A stretch of DNA of 63,023 nt, the filler included, from Octopus bimaculoides (taxonomy: Eukaryota), in NCBI RefSeq assembly GCF_001194135.2. It is 7 parts of 7 records of this genome, joined end to end, with 100 filler letters (N's around TTAATTAATTAA, not from the genome) between each part and the next. Parts side by side here need not be neighbours in the genome. Positions count along the whole stretch, not along the records: positions 6,427 to 34,651 come from NC_068983.1; positions 34,752 to 42,635 come from NW_026333619.1; 5 more parts are not named here. One strand, written 5' to 3'. Positions 22,721 through 34,983 of the stretch are shown here, one piece after another; positions within the stretch are counted from its first letter, which is position 1; every line of letters begins with the position of its first letter. The notes under the pieces were generated by a model. That model was not told the DNA's origin, searched no databases, and saw nothing but the letters and a program-made list of their open reading frames with translations. The translations under genes were made by a program, and so were the position numbers.

Positions 22721-22940
22721 TACGGGTACTGCTGAAAAGTTCCTGGCCTTAAGAGTTTTGTGATAGGCTAGGTTGGTGACCCAACCTTTCGAGTTCTTTT
22801 ACAGGACTTAGAAAAACAGAAGGACCACTACAATAAATGTGTGAATCTGAGAGAGGAATATGTTAAATAAAATCACAATGAAATAATCCTTCTGTATTTT
22901 CTTTTACCTAAAGCCAAGCACTTTTCAGCACCTACTTGTA
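22721..22940. mobile_element. Mariner-type MITE
   Basis: TIRs TACGGGTACTGCTGAAAAGTTCCTGGCCTT and AAAGCCAAGCACTTTTCAGCACCTACTTGTA, with TA ends. Confidence 0.8.
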
Positions 22941-23014
22941 TATTTTTACTTTACCCTATAAAATTTACAGTATAAGGTAGGGTGGGGAAAAAGGTTAAAT
23001 AACTTCAAGTTTAC

Positions 23015-23139
23015 TTCATTTTCTCTCTGTATTCAGGATAACAGTTTTCAATGTCTTTAGTGGTTTGACAGAAACGTTTCCAGCGCATTAAATGTTGATG
23101 TTTTGCTTGTACAAGTTGGTAGATACGGTCTGTGAAATG
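23015..23139 (-). CDS. CCDC162: CCDC162-like coding exon 4 (HFTDRIYQLVQAKHQHLMRWKRFCQTTKDIENCYPEYREKM)
   Basis: Acceptor ttctAG, donor GTaaac, 125 nt, phase 0 to 2. HLMRWKRFC matches the recalled HMLRWKRFC motif of CCDC162/DUF4549. Confidence 0.88.
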
Positions 23140-23327
23140 CTAGAATCCCAGTGGATTAAAGAAATATAAAAATTACTAAACAAGAGAATTAAACAATCTA
23201 AATTTTAAAAAAATTCAATTAAATAAATACGATTATTTAAGCGAAGAAATTTGTTTTTTTAGTTACATTAACAATGAATTTTATACATTTATCTCATAAA
23301 TAAGAATATTTAGTAAAATACATTTAC

Positions 23328-23438
23328 TTGATGAATAAGAAGAGGCAGACTTTCTGCTGTGTATTCAAACTTTTCAGCAATAACCAAAGTTTCCTTTAGC
23401 ACATCAGCGACATTAACCAGTTTTTTAGCAGAGCTAAC
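23328..23438 (-). CDS. CCDC162: CCDC162-like coding exon 3 (VSSAKKLVNVADVLKETLVIAEKFEYTAESLPLLIHQ)
   Basis: Acceptor tactttacAG, donor GTaaat, 111 nt, phase 0 to 0. EYTAESLPLL resembles recalled EYTPENLPLL. Confidence 0.88.
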
Positions 23439-24184
23439 CTGTAAAGTAAATACAATCTAAATTTACTAACAAAATTTAATGATAACAAGATGCTATCTGG
23501 TGGCAAATACCTTAGGGAAAATGCAAGAGGCAGCAAATATTTAATCAGTTGCAAAAGATAAATTGTGACTTCAATTTCAGAAATTTTCTGGTTTTTTTTA
23601 ATGTTTTGGGCTAGTATTTGTAACATATTTTTGAGTGAAGTCTTGCCTGTCAGGCTTTTTCTTGAATACATTTCTCAGAAGCATGTGTTTGTGCTTCCAT
23701 ACTAAAATGGATTGGATAGATAAACATTGCACAGAATCTCTACTCAGTTATATCTTGTATTCATGAATCAGTGATGTCTTATTCCCTGAAGTTCAGAAAG
23801 ACATAGCTGTGTGATTAAGAAGCACCCTTTGCAACCATGTGGTTCTAGGTTCAATCCAAATACACAGTACACTTTTAGCAAGAGTAAATGTTTACTAGAG
23901 ACCTGAGTTGAATTTGGGAGATGGGAATTATGCAGCAGAATCTGTCTGTCTGTCACTCTGCATGTGTGCATGCAAATGTCTACATTTTGTACTCAGTAAA
24001 ATTGCTGAGCTGTAGAAACTGATTTTTGTTGGCATTTTCTTGTCAAATGATCCAGTGACTCTGTGTTTTCAGAGACAAGTGGAATAAAAACTCCTTTCCA
24101 TGCATTTTAGAAGCCATAGCATTTCTCAAATCCTTTTACTTTGGCTCTCCCTCTAAAATTTATGTTATGTCTTAATCAATTATC

Positions 24185-24635
24185 TTTTACTTGTTTCAGT
24201 CTTTGGAGTGAGGCTGTGCTGGGGGGCATTGCCTTGAAGGGTTTAATTGAATAAATAGACCCCAGTACTTATTTTTTTAAAAATCTGATACTTAATCTAT
24301 CAATCTCTTTTGCTGAACCACCTAGTTATGGGGGGCTATAAACAAACCAACAATGGTTATCAAGTGGTGGTGGGGGACAAACAGAAACACACACACAAAC
24401 ACACACACACACACACACACGCATGCACGCACACACACACACACACGCATGCACGCACACACACACACACACACACATGATAGATTTCCACACAATTTCT
24501 GTTTGCCAAATTCACTTACAAGGCAATAACCAGCCTGGGGCTACAATAGAAGACACTTGCCCTAGGTGCCACACAGTGGGATTGAACCTGAAACTATGCA
24601 GTTGCTAAGGGAACTTCTTAAGCACACACCCAAGT
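24185..24635 (-). mobile_element. Near full-length family A SINE
   Basis: Same head, tail and central (CA)n as 12447-12849. Confidence 0.8.
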
Positions 24636-24823
24636 CTCCCTTAATTACAATAGATCCCTTATTCACAATACCTATGCATCACTATTACACGCACATCACA
24701 CTAGTTTTAAATTGAAGTTGTTTACTTTGATTATATAAACTAATTATACATTGATACCATTTTTCAGTAAAATCTAAATTAATAGAATTGTGTATGAAGT
24801 GAGTGAAAAAAATGAATTTTTAC

Positions 24824-24896
24824 CTGCAAAGTACGTTCAATCATTCTCTTCCTTTCTTTCCGATAATAATTAAGGTCTCGTGGAAATGGCACAGAA
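24824..24896 (-). CDS. CCDC162: CCDC162-like coding exon 2 (SVPFPRDLNYYRKERKRMIERTLQ)
   Basis: Acceptor ttttctgtttatcatcAG, donor CAG|GTaaaa, 73 nt, phase 2 to 0. Confidence 0.85.
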
Positions 24897-25019
24897 CTGA
24901 TGATAAACAGAAAATGGATAGACTGAGTCATCTATAATTCAAGTTGAAAGGAACAACTAATGACAATTAATGATTGTTTTTATCTCTACCACATTCAGGT
25001 TGTACCTAAATTAATAATG

Positions 25020-25230
25020 GTTTCAAATTTAGGTATAAGGCCAGCAATTTCAGGGATTGGGTAAGTTGATTACATTGACTCCAGTGCTCAACTGGTACTT
25101 ATTTTATTGACCCAGAAAGGATGAAAGACAAAGTCAACCTTAGCAGAATTTGAACTCAGAATGTACAGATGAATGAAATGTTGCTAAGTATTTTGCCTGG
25201 CACGTAACAATTCTGCGAGTTCATCACCTT
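25020..25230 (-). mobile_element. Family C SINE with 19-bp TSD
   Basis: TGTACCTAAA(T/C)TAATAATG at 25001-25019 and 25231-25249. Confidence 0.85.
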
Positions 25231-26139
25231 TGTACCTAAACTAATAATGTCAACTGCATGATATTAACAGGCTTCACTATATTAACAGCCAAGTCAATGG
25301 GAAAACATAGAAATGATAGAAAAAATGACCAAATATGCCTCAAATTACATTGTACCATCTTGAAGAAAGGAAAGACACATTAAATGATGTGGTCCTAGAT
25401 GCACTCTGTTCCTGCTGTGTTCACCTGAGAGCAGTGTTGCACACATTACATCCTCTCCTAAATGGTCTCTACCCCTATCCCCAAACTACTTTCATTCTTC
25501 ATCATCCCCACCCATACTATGTCAACCAATCACCTCTGTTCTGTACCTTCAACCACTGCTTTTTCTCCCTTCTACTTCTAAACACCTCTCTTATCTGCTA
25601 CCATTTTCAACACCCTCCCATATCTACCATCATGATCCACATATTATAGCCCCTAATGTATCCCTATATTTCTCACTCCACAACTCCTACACTTTGCATA
25701 TCACTCCACTACTTTCTGCTGTATTCCACTTCCTGAACCACTCCTACATCTCCCACCTTAATCCTCTACATACTGGTATTTCCCATCATCTGCACCACCA
25801 CCCTTGTTCATCATTCACTACATTAACCTCTACCTCTACCTGTTTAGTCCCTCTTCACACTCTTATGAAAACATCCAATCTCTCATCCCTTTCCATGAGC
25901 CACCTCTTGTTACTTAAGAGTTTGTTTTAGCACCTCATCACCACCTTTCTTTTACCTTCTTTAACCATATATCTCCTCCATAACCAGATACCTGTGCTTT
26001 CCCTCTATCATACTTTAGCTTTCTATCACCTGGAATAAAGCCACCAACTTCTACCTTCCTTCTCAAATATTTCCTCTTAGCAGTGGGAGTTTTCTCCTTT
26101 TCTTTTTGTCTGTTCTTGTCTATCTTGCGAGTTACATGG

Positions 26140-26345
26140 CAACTTCAATAATGCTGGTGGCATGAAAAAAGCAGCTAGTACACTCTGTAAAGTGGTTGGC
26201 ATTAGGAAGGGCATCCAGCCACAGGAACCATGCCAAAGATGACATTGGAACTCACTGCAGACTTGCAGCTCGCTGGTTCCTGTCAAACCATCCTACCCAT
26301 GCTGGCATGGAAAGTGGTTGTTAAATGACGATGATGATGATGATA
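26140..26345 (+). mobile_element. RTE 3'-tail-type element
   Basis: gtggttggcattaggaagggcatccagc..cccatgctggcatggaaagtgg..gatgatgatgat. Confidence 0.75.
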
Positions 26346-27703
26346 ACAATGACAAAAATGACGATGATGATGACAACAATGAAATGATCATGTCTGGAAA
26401 ATCTCTAATTTTTTTCCCTACTTAAATCTGGATGTTCTGCTTCCATTTTTAAGATAGTACAGTGTAATTTGAAGGATATTTGGCCATTATTTCTATCACT
26501 TCTGTTTTCCCATTGTTTTGGCTGTTAATATGGTTGAAGTTTGTAAATATCGTACAGTTGGTATTATTAGCTCAGGTACAAACTGAATGTGGTAGAGAGA
26601 AAAACAACTATTGTCACTGGTCATCCATTTCAACTGGAAATATAGACAATTGAATGTTGATGTGAATATTAAATGTAGATGTTCTGTTAGTACATCTGCC
26701 TCTGTCCTACTATATACCTTTAATTTTAGGTTTGTTTTGTCAGGTCTGAAATAGGACTAAACAAGAACAATATAGTACCAGGCATACTATGATTACTGAA
26801 TCTTTATTATATGTAGAAAATAACACAGCCATGATTCACAAACGAATATAACATATACCATGCTTTTGCTAATCATTCTTGGTACCTATGTAGTCATGTG
26901 CAGAGATAAACACTCTTTTATATGAACAAGTAAGTTAATTCACCTACTGCAGTAATGAATCAGCAACACAATACCAGTGATTTAATGGTGCTTATTCATT
27001 TGAATGCAACAGTCACAAATTCTTAAACTTCACTCCATACAAACACTAAAGGGCATGAGCCATATAGGGAGCATCTATATCATGCATAAGCAACCTTTTT
27101 GAAAGAAGTGGTGCACATGAGCTATGTCTCATGTGGACTTTTTAGATGGTAATTTTTCGTTAGGTATACCAAACAGAAAGTTTTGTGGGCTACAGACTGT
27201 CCATGACTGCTCTATACAATGAGTTGATGTGCTAGAAATAGCAGCCAAATATCCCTCAAATAACACCCTATCAGCAGCACCCTGCATATTTCCTTTGTTG
27301 AGTATCCTATTTACACTAAATCTGAAAAGAAGATGGTATAACATGTGACTAAACAACATTAAGATCTTTTCTGTTTGGCTTTTACTTTTCAATTCCTTTA
27401 ATTTTGTTCTAATTGATTTCAAATTTAGTGTATTAATGTAGTTTTGTATACTAATTATGGAAACAAAAAAGTTGTTTGCAAATGCTGGGTAATTTTAGTC
27501 AGTCAAAATCCACAGTCAGCCTGTTTCCATAGTAACAAACCAAGGTATGGCCTGCTTTTATCTGTCTGTTGCTGTCCAGCCATATGTAGTATGCAGACAG
27601 GTCCTAGATCAAGGAGGAGAACAGTGCAAGCGGTATGCTTTATGACTTATTTAAAAGGAATAGTAATAGAATGGTAAAGTAGCCATATTTTTGCTTCTCC
27701 TAA

Positions 27704-27915
27704 TGTTTGTTTCAAATTTGTGGCACAAAGTCAGAAATTTCAGTAGAGAGGTTAAGTCGATTATATCGATCCCAATACTCAACTGGTATTGACCCTGGAA
27801 GGATGAAAAGTAAAGCCAACCAAAGCAGAATTTGAACTCAGAATGTAAAGATGAAAGAAATGCCACCAAGCATTTTGCTGAGCATGCTAATGTTTCTGCC
27901 AGCTCATTGCCTTCA
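27704..27915 (-). mobile_element. Family C SINE
   Basis: Nin-like core; approximate TSD tgcttctc(c/t)taa on both sides. Confidence 0.75.
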
Positions 27916-28287
27916 TGCTTCTCTTAACATTGCCATCAATACCATGAGGATGATTATAAACTAGAAAAAGATGAAAAAATCCATCAATAATTTGGTTACA
28001 GTACTCAAACAATAACTAAATAACTTCATTTTAGGCTCTTTTGGAATTACCAACAACAATTTATGGTTCAATTTTAAATCAAATATGATCCCTTAAATTT
28101 TATTTCAGATTGGATGTGCTTATTTCCAAATGACTGATACAGAAAAAACAAAAGTAAACTACATAATATCAACATCATCATCACCATCGCCATCATCATA
28201 ACCACCACCATCACCATCATCATCTTTTAATGTCCATCTTCCATACTGGCTGTTTATAATAACACACAAAGATAATCAAATACCAAC

Positions 28288-28430
28288 CTAATTATTCTGG
28301 TTTCTTTATTTGTAAGTAAATTCTGTTCTTCCAATTCCTCTGTAAGTTCAAGTATGCTGGCTTGCAGCTGTTTCTCTAGAGAATGTACATTCTCACTTCC
28401 AGAAATAACATAGTAACCAGCCAAATTCAT
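28288..28430 (-). CDS. CCDC162: CCDC162-like first coding exon (MNLAGYYVISGSENVHSLEKQLQASILELTEELEEQNLLTNKETRII)
   Basis: ATG in gccatcATG context. Donor AG|GTtggt in phase 2 matches the next exon. Upstream acceptor tattatAG at 28464-28465; the 33 nt before the ATG are open in frame, so the true start could lie further upstream. Confidence 0.8.
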
Positions 28431-28601
28431 GATGGCAATATAGAATGATTTCTCAGAGTAAATCTATAATAGAAGTTAGAGATAAAAAGAGACATTAAAT
28501 AAGAAACATATAATTGCTGTGGTTTATATCAAACATTTTCTTCACAGTCAACATGGTGAAATAACTTCATGTTTCCAAATAGGGATTTGCAGTTGAAGGT
28601 T

Positions 28602-28760
28602 AGCACAGGCATGGCTGTGTGGTAAGAAGTTTGCTTCCCAACCACATGGTTTCAGGTTCACTTCCACTGCATGGCACCTTGGGCAAGTGCCTTCTACTAT
28701 AGCCTCAGGCCTGTGAGTGGATTTGGTAGACAGAAACTGAAAAAAGCCCAATGTATATAT
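28602..28760 (+). mobile_element. 5' half (tRNA-like head) of a family A SINE
   Basis: agcacaggcatggctgtgtggtaagaagtttgcttcccaaccacatggtttcaggttca..ggcaccttgggcaagtg; ends at the central TA tract. Confidence 0.8.
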
Positions 28761-28883
28761 AACTGATGAGGAACTGGGGACCTTCTGTGTCTGTTTTCCA
28801 TTCGTCTGTACATTTTCTGTTTCTTTTAACTTGCCATTCTGTGTCTGTTTTTTGTTTGTGCATTTACTATACATTTTTGAACT

Positions 28884-29968
28884 AGGCCTTTTCATATTGC
28901 CTGTTGATGCCAGTTTATGTTGCAGGACCTGCATCCAGTTATCCCACTCCTTTCTAATCTGGTCCATGAAAGGCTTGTTTAATGAAACATCAAGAGGTTG
29001 TAATGGGAAAGTCAATCCACCAGGTATGACAGCTATTTAAATTTTTTATCCTCCTTACTGTACTCACAGTTGTGAGTGCACGAAATTGGTCCCAGACAAG
29101 AAGGGATGGTGTTTTGCGTAAAGCACCAGGATGTCCTGACCATACTTTATCTAACCATAACTTGATAACATTTTTGTCTGTCCACCCCTTAGGGTAAATG
29201 TGAGTAACAGCTCCTGATGGAAAACAACCCTTTGGAAGTGTTTTTCTTTTAAATATTAAAAGTGGTAGTAGCTTCATGCCATCTGCACAACAAGCCAATA
29301 CTATGGTGTAGTGTGTTTTTCATGTCTTGTTGTTTTAACAGAAACTGTTTTGCTACCTTTAGTATCTACAGTCCTGCTTGAGGGAACATCAAATATCAGT
29401 GGCACCTCGTCTATATTTGCAGCGTTATGTTGCACATATCACAAATTGGTGAAATTCCAGTATCTTGTTTTCATATTCTTCTGGCATTTTCTTCTGGCTA
29501 TCCTTGATTTATATGTATAGCCAATCTGCTTCTTTTCATGAAACAAAAAGACCAGCTTGCACAGCCACTGAAATCATAATGACCTCTTGCAGCTGCCATA
29601 ACTTTAGCTTGAAAAATTATGACTTTACTTGACACAACTATACTTTTGTTCCGGTTATCTGCAACCCAGGTTTTCAACCCATTTTCAAGTTCAGGCCATT
29701 TTGCATTTGGTTTCCACAGGTCATGTTTCCGTTTTTTAGTCTGTCGCAGTTCATCCTCCTGTTTTCATCACATCCATACTATTCTTGCCATTAGAGGTGG
29801 TCCAAAATGTCTAGCAGCCACTCTGTTACTATGTTCCTTGGCATATTCTATCACTTGCTATTTGTATTCAATAGTGTAACTATGCCTTTTCTGCAACTCC
29901 ATTCTATAAGGGTACTGATATTCTGAAAATTAAGTGGGGCAAAAAGTACTGTTATATACTATTACCAT
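28884..29968 (-). mobile_element. pogo/Tc2 (POGK-like) transposase pseudogene
   Basis: RHSYTIEYK*QVIEYAKEHSNRVAARHFG (Brinker-like DBD); KWPELE..WV (CENP-B HTH); CCADGMKLLPLLIFKRKTLPK..KGW..LLVWDQFRA..LQPLDVSLNKPF (DDE_1). Confidence 0.88.
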
Positions 29969-31675
29969 ATGGTAATCTATAGATGTTTGTTCACTTCACT
30001 GAATGATAATATTTGCCCCACTATATGTTACTGATATTTACTGTAATTCTGATTGAACAGATAGGGAATTCAATGTGCTACCCAAAGGAGGTCCGTGTTC
30101 AAACTGTTGATGTCGTTGGCTTTGGTTGGCTGCTCACTGCAACTGGACATGCACTTTGTTGGTGTCAGACTCAGTCAGTACTACCAAAACAAAACAAAGA
30201 ATGTCTGTGAGATGGTTATAATGTAGAGATAATTGTTCTGTTGTTTGTTTAGGTGTTAGATAGAATTGAAGTATTTTGTGCTTCATTGAAAATTTGTTTT
30301 ATTTATACGATACTGTTACTTGATGCAGGATATATAATAATGGTTACTGGTTTGAAATCTGTAAACAGCTATGATAATGAGTGGTTTGCCTCACAACAGC
30401 CAGTAGTTTAACAAATCATCACAGTCATTTATGGAACATTCCATGTTTAGCTTATGGCATTCTGGTAGTTTCAAAAATTATCATACAGAAAAATGTCTGG
30501 TTTCCAGTACAGTTGTAAGCAACTGAAGGCAAGTTCAAAATCCATGCCAATGGTGCACATTAGTTTCCAAATCGCTCGGTGGCAGTGCCACTTACATTGT
30601 TTTGGTTTGGTAAGCAAAGATGGTAAGTGCATGATACAGTGGGCAAACTTTGATTACGGTATTATGAGCCCATTTTACTCATAAGTATTGCTCTCAGTGT
30701 TAATTGTGAATAAAGCCACAATGATTAAGGAAAGAGAAAAGCTAGTGTGTAGTGCTGAGATTAAGCAGAAAATAAACATAATTACTGTTAAGTGCATTGA
30801 GCAGTGTCTCTCCAGATGTATTCAACAAAGCATCACAGAGAATCATGGACCCCAGTACTGGTAATTACGGGGTGTGGGGTTATGGAATGAGTACACGTAG
30901 AATGTACAAAGTCTGTACATATTGTCTACAGCGTAATATACCATTATATTCATTTGGAAGTTGTTTGAGTTGTTTGTATTGTTAAACAAGGTCCAAAGCT
31001 GTGTGTCCATGCAGGACACACAGAAAATTTGAGAGTCAAATTTTGGAAAAAAAAACCTGCGTCTTATATGCCACAAAATATGGTATTTATTAACAGAATG
31101 CAACACACCCTTGGTTTTATGTACAGTAAGCTGTTTATATATTCGTGCAACTTCTATTTCTAGCCTTTCTTCTTTCTCCTTTTTTTCTCTCTCTCTCTCT
31201 CATTCTTTTTCTCCTCTGCTCGCTACTGACACATAACCTGTGGTCAGCCTTTTTTCTTTTTCTCTTTTTACATCAGCTGTTGAAGCAATCGGTCATAATT
31301 TCTCTGGTCTCCACATCAACCTGTTTCACTGCCTGTTGCCCTTATTTCCAGTCCTTTACGATTTCCTTCTTAGCATTACCCATACTTCGCCTTCATCTAG
31401 TCCTAAGGCTACATTCTGTTTGTTTATTTCTTTTTTTGTTCCTTGTCCATCCACTAATGATCTCGTCTTGAATTACATTTATTCATTTTCGTACGTCCAC
31501 TTCTGTATCACTTGTTATTCATGTATTGTTTGTCGGTTCTTGGTCCCATATTCCCAGCAGCAATATTATCGTTAAAAGTACAAAATTGCATTTGACCCAC
31601 TGGCTAACTGATAAGGAATTGGGGACCTTCTGTGTCTGTTTTCCGTTCGTCTGTGCATTTACTATGTTTTTAACG

Positions 31676-31880
31676 TGTGTGTGTGTCTGTGTCCCCTACC
31701 ACCGCTTGACAACCAGTGCTGGTGTGTTTATATCCTCTTAACTTTCAGCAAAAGAGATCGACGGAATAAAGTACAAGGCTTAGAAAAAATAAGTCCTGAG
31801 GTCAATTTTCTCAATTAAAACCCTTCAAAGCTGTGCCCCAGTATGACCGCAGTCAAATGACTGAAACAAGTAAAAGACAG
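31676..31880 (+). mobile_element. 3' half of a family A SINE
   Basis: gtgtgtgtgtctgtgtcccc..gcttgacaaccagtgctgg..gcagtcaaatgactgaaacaagtaaaag. Confidence 0.8.
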
Positions 31881-32059
31881 ACTAATGTATAAGATTAATT
31901 AACTAGAAATTTGAGACTCCATTGAAACAGACTACCATCACGCTTCAGTCTATTTGAACCAAAGAGGGGAGTCTCTATGAAGTTACTTGATTGGCTAAAA
32001 ATAACAGCCAAATCACACTTTGATACCTTAAAGAAGAAAGAAAACATACATTGGATAAT

Positions 32060-32250
32060 GCGGCGGAGGTAAAGAATATGTACACTACCCATTTTCGGCG
32101 TAACAAAAACCCTAACCCCTAAACCCTTGTATCGACCGTGCGATGTGCTAAAGGAGCCATTCCTCGTCACCTCTCCTGGTCGTATGTTCGGTCTTTACAC
32201 CCTAATCCAAACCCTAAACACCAGGTGTACGTATTCTTTACTTTCGCCGC
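32060..32250. mobile_element. 191-bp MITE with 26-bp TIRs and internal telomere-like CCCTAA motifs
   Basis: GCGGCGGAGGTAAAGAATATGTACAC (32060-32085) versus the reverse complement of 32225-32250, GCGGCGAAAGTAAAGAATACGTACAC. Internal ccctaacccctaaaccc and ccctaatccaaaccctaaa. Confidence 0.75.
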
Positions 32251-34650
32251 TGTAACGACTATTATGCTTTTAATCATTTTGTGGTATGACGTCAGCAACT
32301 GGGGAGCTGACCTCTGACCGGAACCATGAACTGACCGGAACGGTGAGCTGACTGGAAGAGGAAGAAGGGCCGAGGGAGCCTCGATCGGGATTTTGTGCCC
32401 TTTTCAAACGGGGTTGTTGTGAGGAGAGGACGTGCCAAGCGATTGTCTAGGTGTTGGTAGAAGCAGCTGCTATTTCTAGTGTTTTCCGGGTCGGGCCAGC
32501 CACGAGGATNNNNNNNNNNNNNNNNNNNNNNNNNNNNNNNNNNNNNNNNNNNNNNNNNNNNNNNNNNNNNNNNNNNNNNNNNNNNNNNNNNNNNNNNNNN
32601 NNNNNNNNNNNNNNNNNNNNNNNNNNNNNNNNNNNNNNNNNNNNNNNNNNNNNNNNNNNNNNNNNNNNNNNNNNNNNNNNNNNNNNNNNNNNNNNNNNNN
32701 NNNNNNNNNNNNNNNNNNNNNNNNNNNNNNNNNNNNNNNNNNNNNNNNNNNNNNNNNNNNNNNNNNNNNNNNNNNNNNNNNNNNNNNNNNNNNNNNNNNN
32801 NNNNNNNNNNNNNNNNNNNNNNNNNNNNNNNNNNNNNNNNNNNNNNNNNNNNNNNNNNNNNNNNNNNNNNNNNNNNNNNNNNNNNNNNNNNNNNNNNNNN
32901 NNNNNNNNNNNNNNNNNNNNNNNNNNNNNNNNNNNNNNNNNNNNNNNNNNNNNNNNNNNNNNNNNNNNNNNNNNNNNNNNNNNNNNNNNNNNNNNNNNNN
33001 NNNNNNNNNNNNNNNNNNNNNNNNNNNNNNNNNNNNNNNNNNNNNNNNNNNNNNNNNNNNNNNNNNNNNNNNNNNNNNNNNNNNNNNNNNNNNNNNNNNN
33101 NNNNNNNNNNNNNNNNNNNNNNNNNNNNNNNNNNNNNNNNNNNNNNNNNNNNNNNNNNNNNNNNNNGGTTTACGGGAGAAGGCCTGGACAGAGCAGTGCG
33201 GCTGGCGTTTGTGAGTGGGTCCCTGACGACATAGGGATTCGATTGCAGCAGTTGCCTGGCGCTCAGCGAGCTTGTAGCACAAGCTCGCGTGTTGACGCAA
33301 CACGTCGGACGAAAGACGATAGTGATGGAGGCGCGTTCCAGCAGACGACGGCCGGAGAAAGGCGTGAGGAAGCCTACCGAACAATGACAGCGGCTGTTCT
33401 CGGGCTGGTGTTTTAAATGTCAGGGGTCGCACATGGCGAGGGAATGCGCCGAATCGGGGCCCGTCTGCTATCGATGCAGGAAGACGGGGCACATCGCCCG
33501 TGATTGCGACCAGGGAAACGACCGTGGGGAAGTTGCTGCCTCTCAAACTTTCCCCGCGACCGAGTAGAGGCGCTTGTGGAGACGCTTGAAGGAGTCCTTG
33601 TCCCGTGGAAAAATGAGGTGGTGAGCGGAGTGCTACCTCTGATGGCGGTGGTACAGCCGACGAAGGGAAAAGTCAGACTGGTGCTGGACTTTAGGGAGCT
33701 GAACGAACATATATCATGCCACACAGGAGGCGAGGCAACAGATGTTTGCGGTGAGACGTTACGTGTGTGGAGACAGTAGACCAAGGCAGCGACGATCGTC
33801 GACTTGAAGTCGGCATATTTGCAGCTCCGTGTGAGTAGCGAGCTGTGGCGATATCAGCTGGCGCGGTACAAGGGCCGGACGTACTGTTTAACCAGGCTGT
33901 ATTTCGGGCTGAATTCCGCTCCGAAAATCATGGCAATTGTGCTCAAGTCCATCCTAGGGAAAAGAGGAGAAGATAAGGAAGGCCACCAGTTCCTGCATCA
34001 ACGACATTTTGGTTGACGAGACTGTAGTGCCAGCCACCGAGGTAGTGAGACACCTGGAGAGGTTCAGGCTGATTGCAAAGCCACCAGAGTCGATGGTTGA
34101 GGGAGCTGCACTGGGGCTGAAACTATGAAGAGACAGATCGGGTGAGCTAGTGTTCTGGAGAGGAAACGAGATCCCAGAGCTGAGTTCCAGCATCAGCAGG
34201 AGAGAGTTGTTCTCGGTTTGTGGGAAGCTGGTTGGACACTACCCGATCGCTGGATGGCTGCACAGAGCGTGCAGTTACACCAAGAGATGAGCAGAGGGGG
34301 AGAGTTGGGGTGACAAGGTGGGAGAGGCAACGGTGGCGATGATGCGGGAAATCCTAGAGAAGACGAGAGCGGAAGACTCGGTTAGGGGAAACTGGTATGT
34401 GCCCAAGACAGAATGCGGGACGGTTTGGTGTGATGCTAGCAGTATAGCAATAGGGGTTGTGTTGGAGATTGAAGGTGCTCAGGTGGAGGATGCGGCCTGG
34501 CTATGGAAAGCAGACGACTTCAACCACATCAATGTCGCCGAACTACACGCGGTGTTGAAAGGGGTGAACTTGGCCCTGAGATTGGGGCTGTGCTCGATCG
34601 AGATCCGGATGGATTCGGCCACCGTGGTCGGCCGGGTAGGAACAGTGATT
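32251..34650 (+). mobile_element. Ty3/Gypsy-type LTR retrotransposon (gag zinc knuckles, RT, RNase H), protease missing, truncated by gaps
   Basis: Begins TGTAACG (LTR-like). CFKCQGSHMAREC..CYRCRKTGHIARDC; LMAVVQPTKGKVRLVLDFRELN; IVDLKSAYLQL..YCLTRLYFGLNSAPKIM; CINDILVD (dead YIDD); WCDASSIAIG..HINVAEL..DSATV. Confidence 0.88.
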
Positions 34651-34751
34651 ANNNNNNNNNNNNNNNNNNNNNNNNNNNNNNNNNNNNNNNNNNNNTTAAT
34701 TAATTAANNNNNNNNNNNNNNNNNNNNNNNNNNNNNNNNNNNNNNNNNNNN

Positions 34752-34938
34752 TGCTTCAGTCATTGTGACTGCAGCCATGCTGGAGTACCGCCTTTAGTCG
34801 AGCAAATCGACTCCCAGGACTTCTTTCTTTGTAAGCCTAGTACTTATTCTATCGGCTCCTTTTGCCGAACCCCTAGTTTACGGGGACGCAAACGCACCAG
34901 CATAGGTTGTCAAGCGTTGTTGGGGAGGAGAAGACAGA

Positions 34939-34983
<45 letters not shown>

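Noticed and set aside
26131-26143. GTTACATGGCAAC X-box-like site in a CCDC162-like intron
   Set aside because: Lies at the edge of a repeat element and is probably repeat-derived; no independent promoter evidence.
28602-28680. tRNA-like A/B boxes in SINE heads
   Set aside because: No closed cloverleaf and continues into SINE body; not tRNA genes.
30300-31110. Short ORFs with Cys pairs and a faint recombinase- or piggyBac-like look
   Set aside because: No convincing motif in any frame; needs a translated search.
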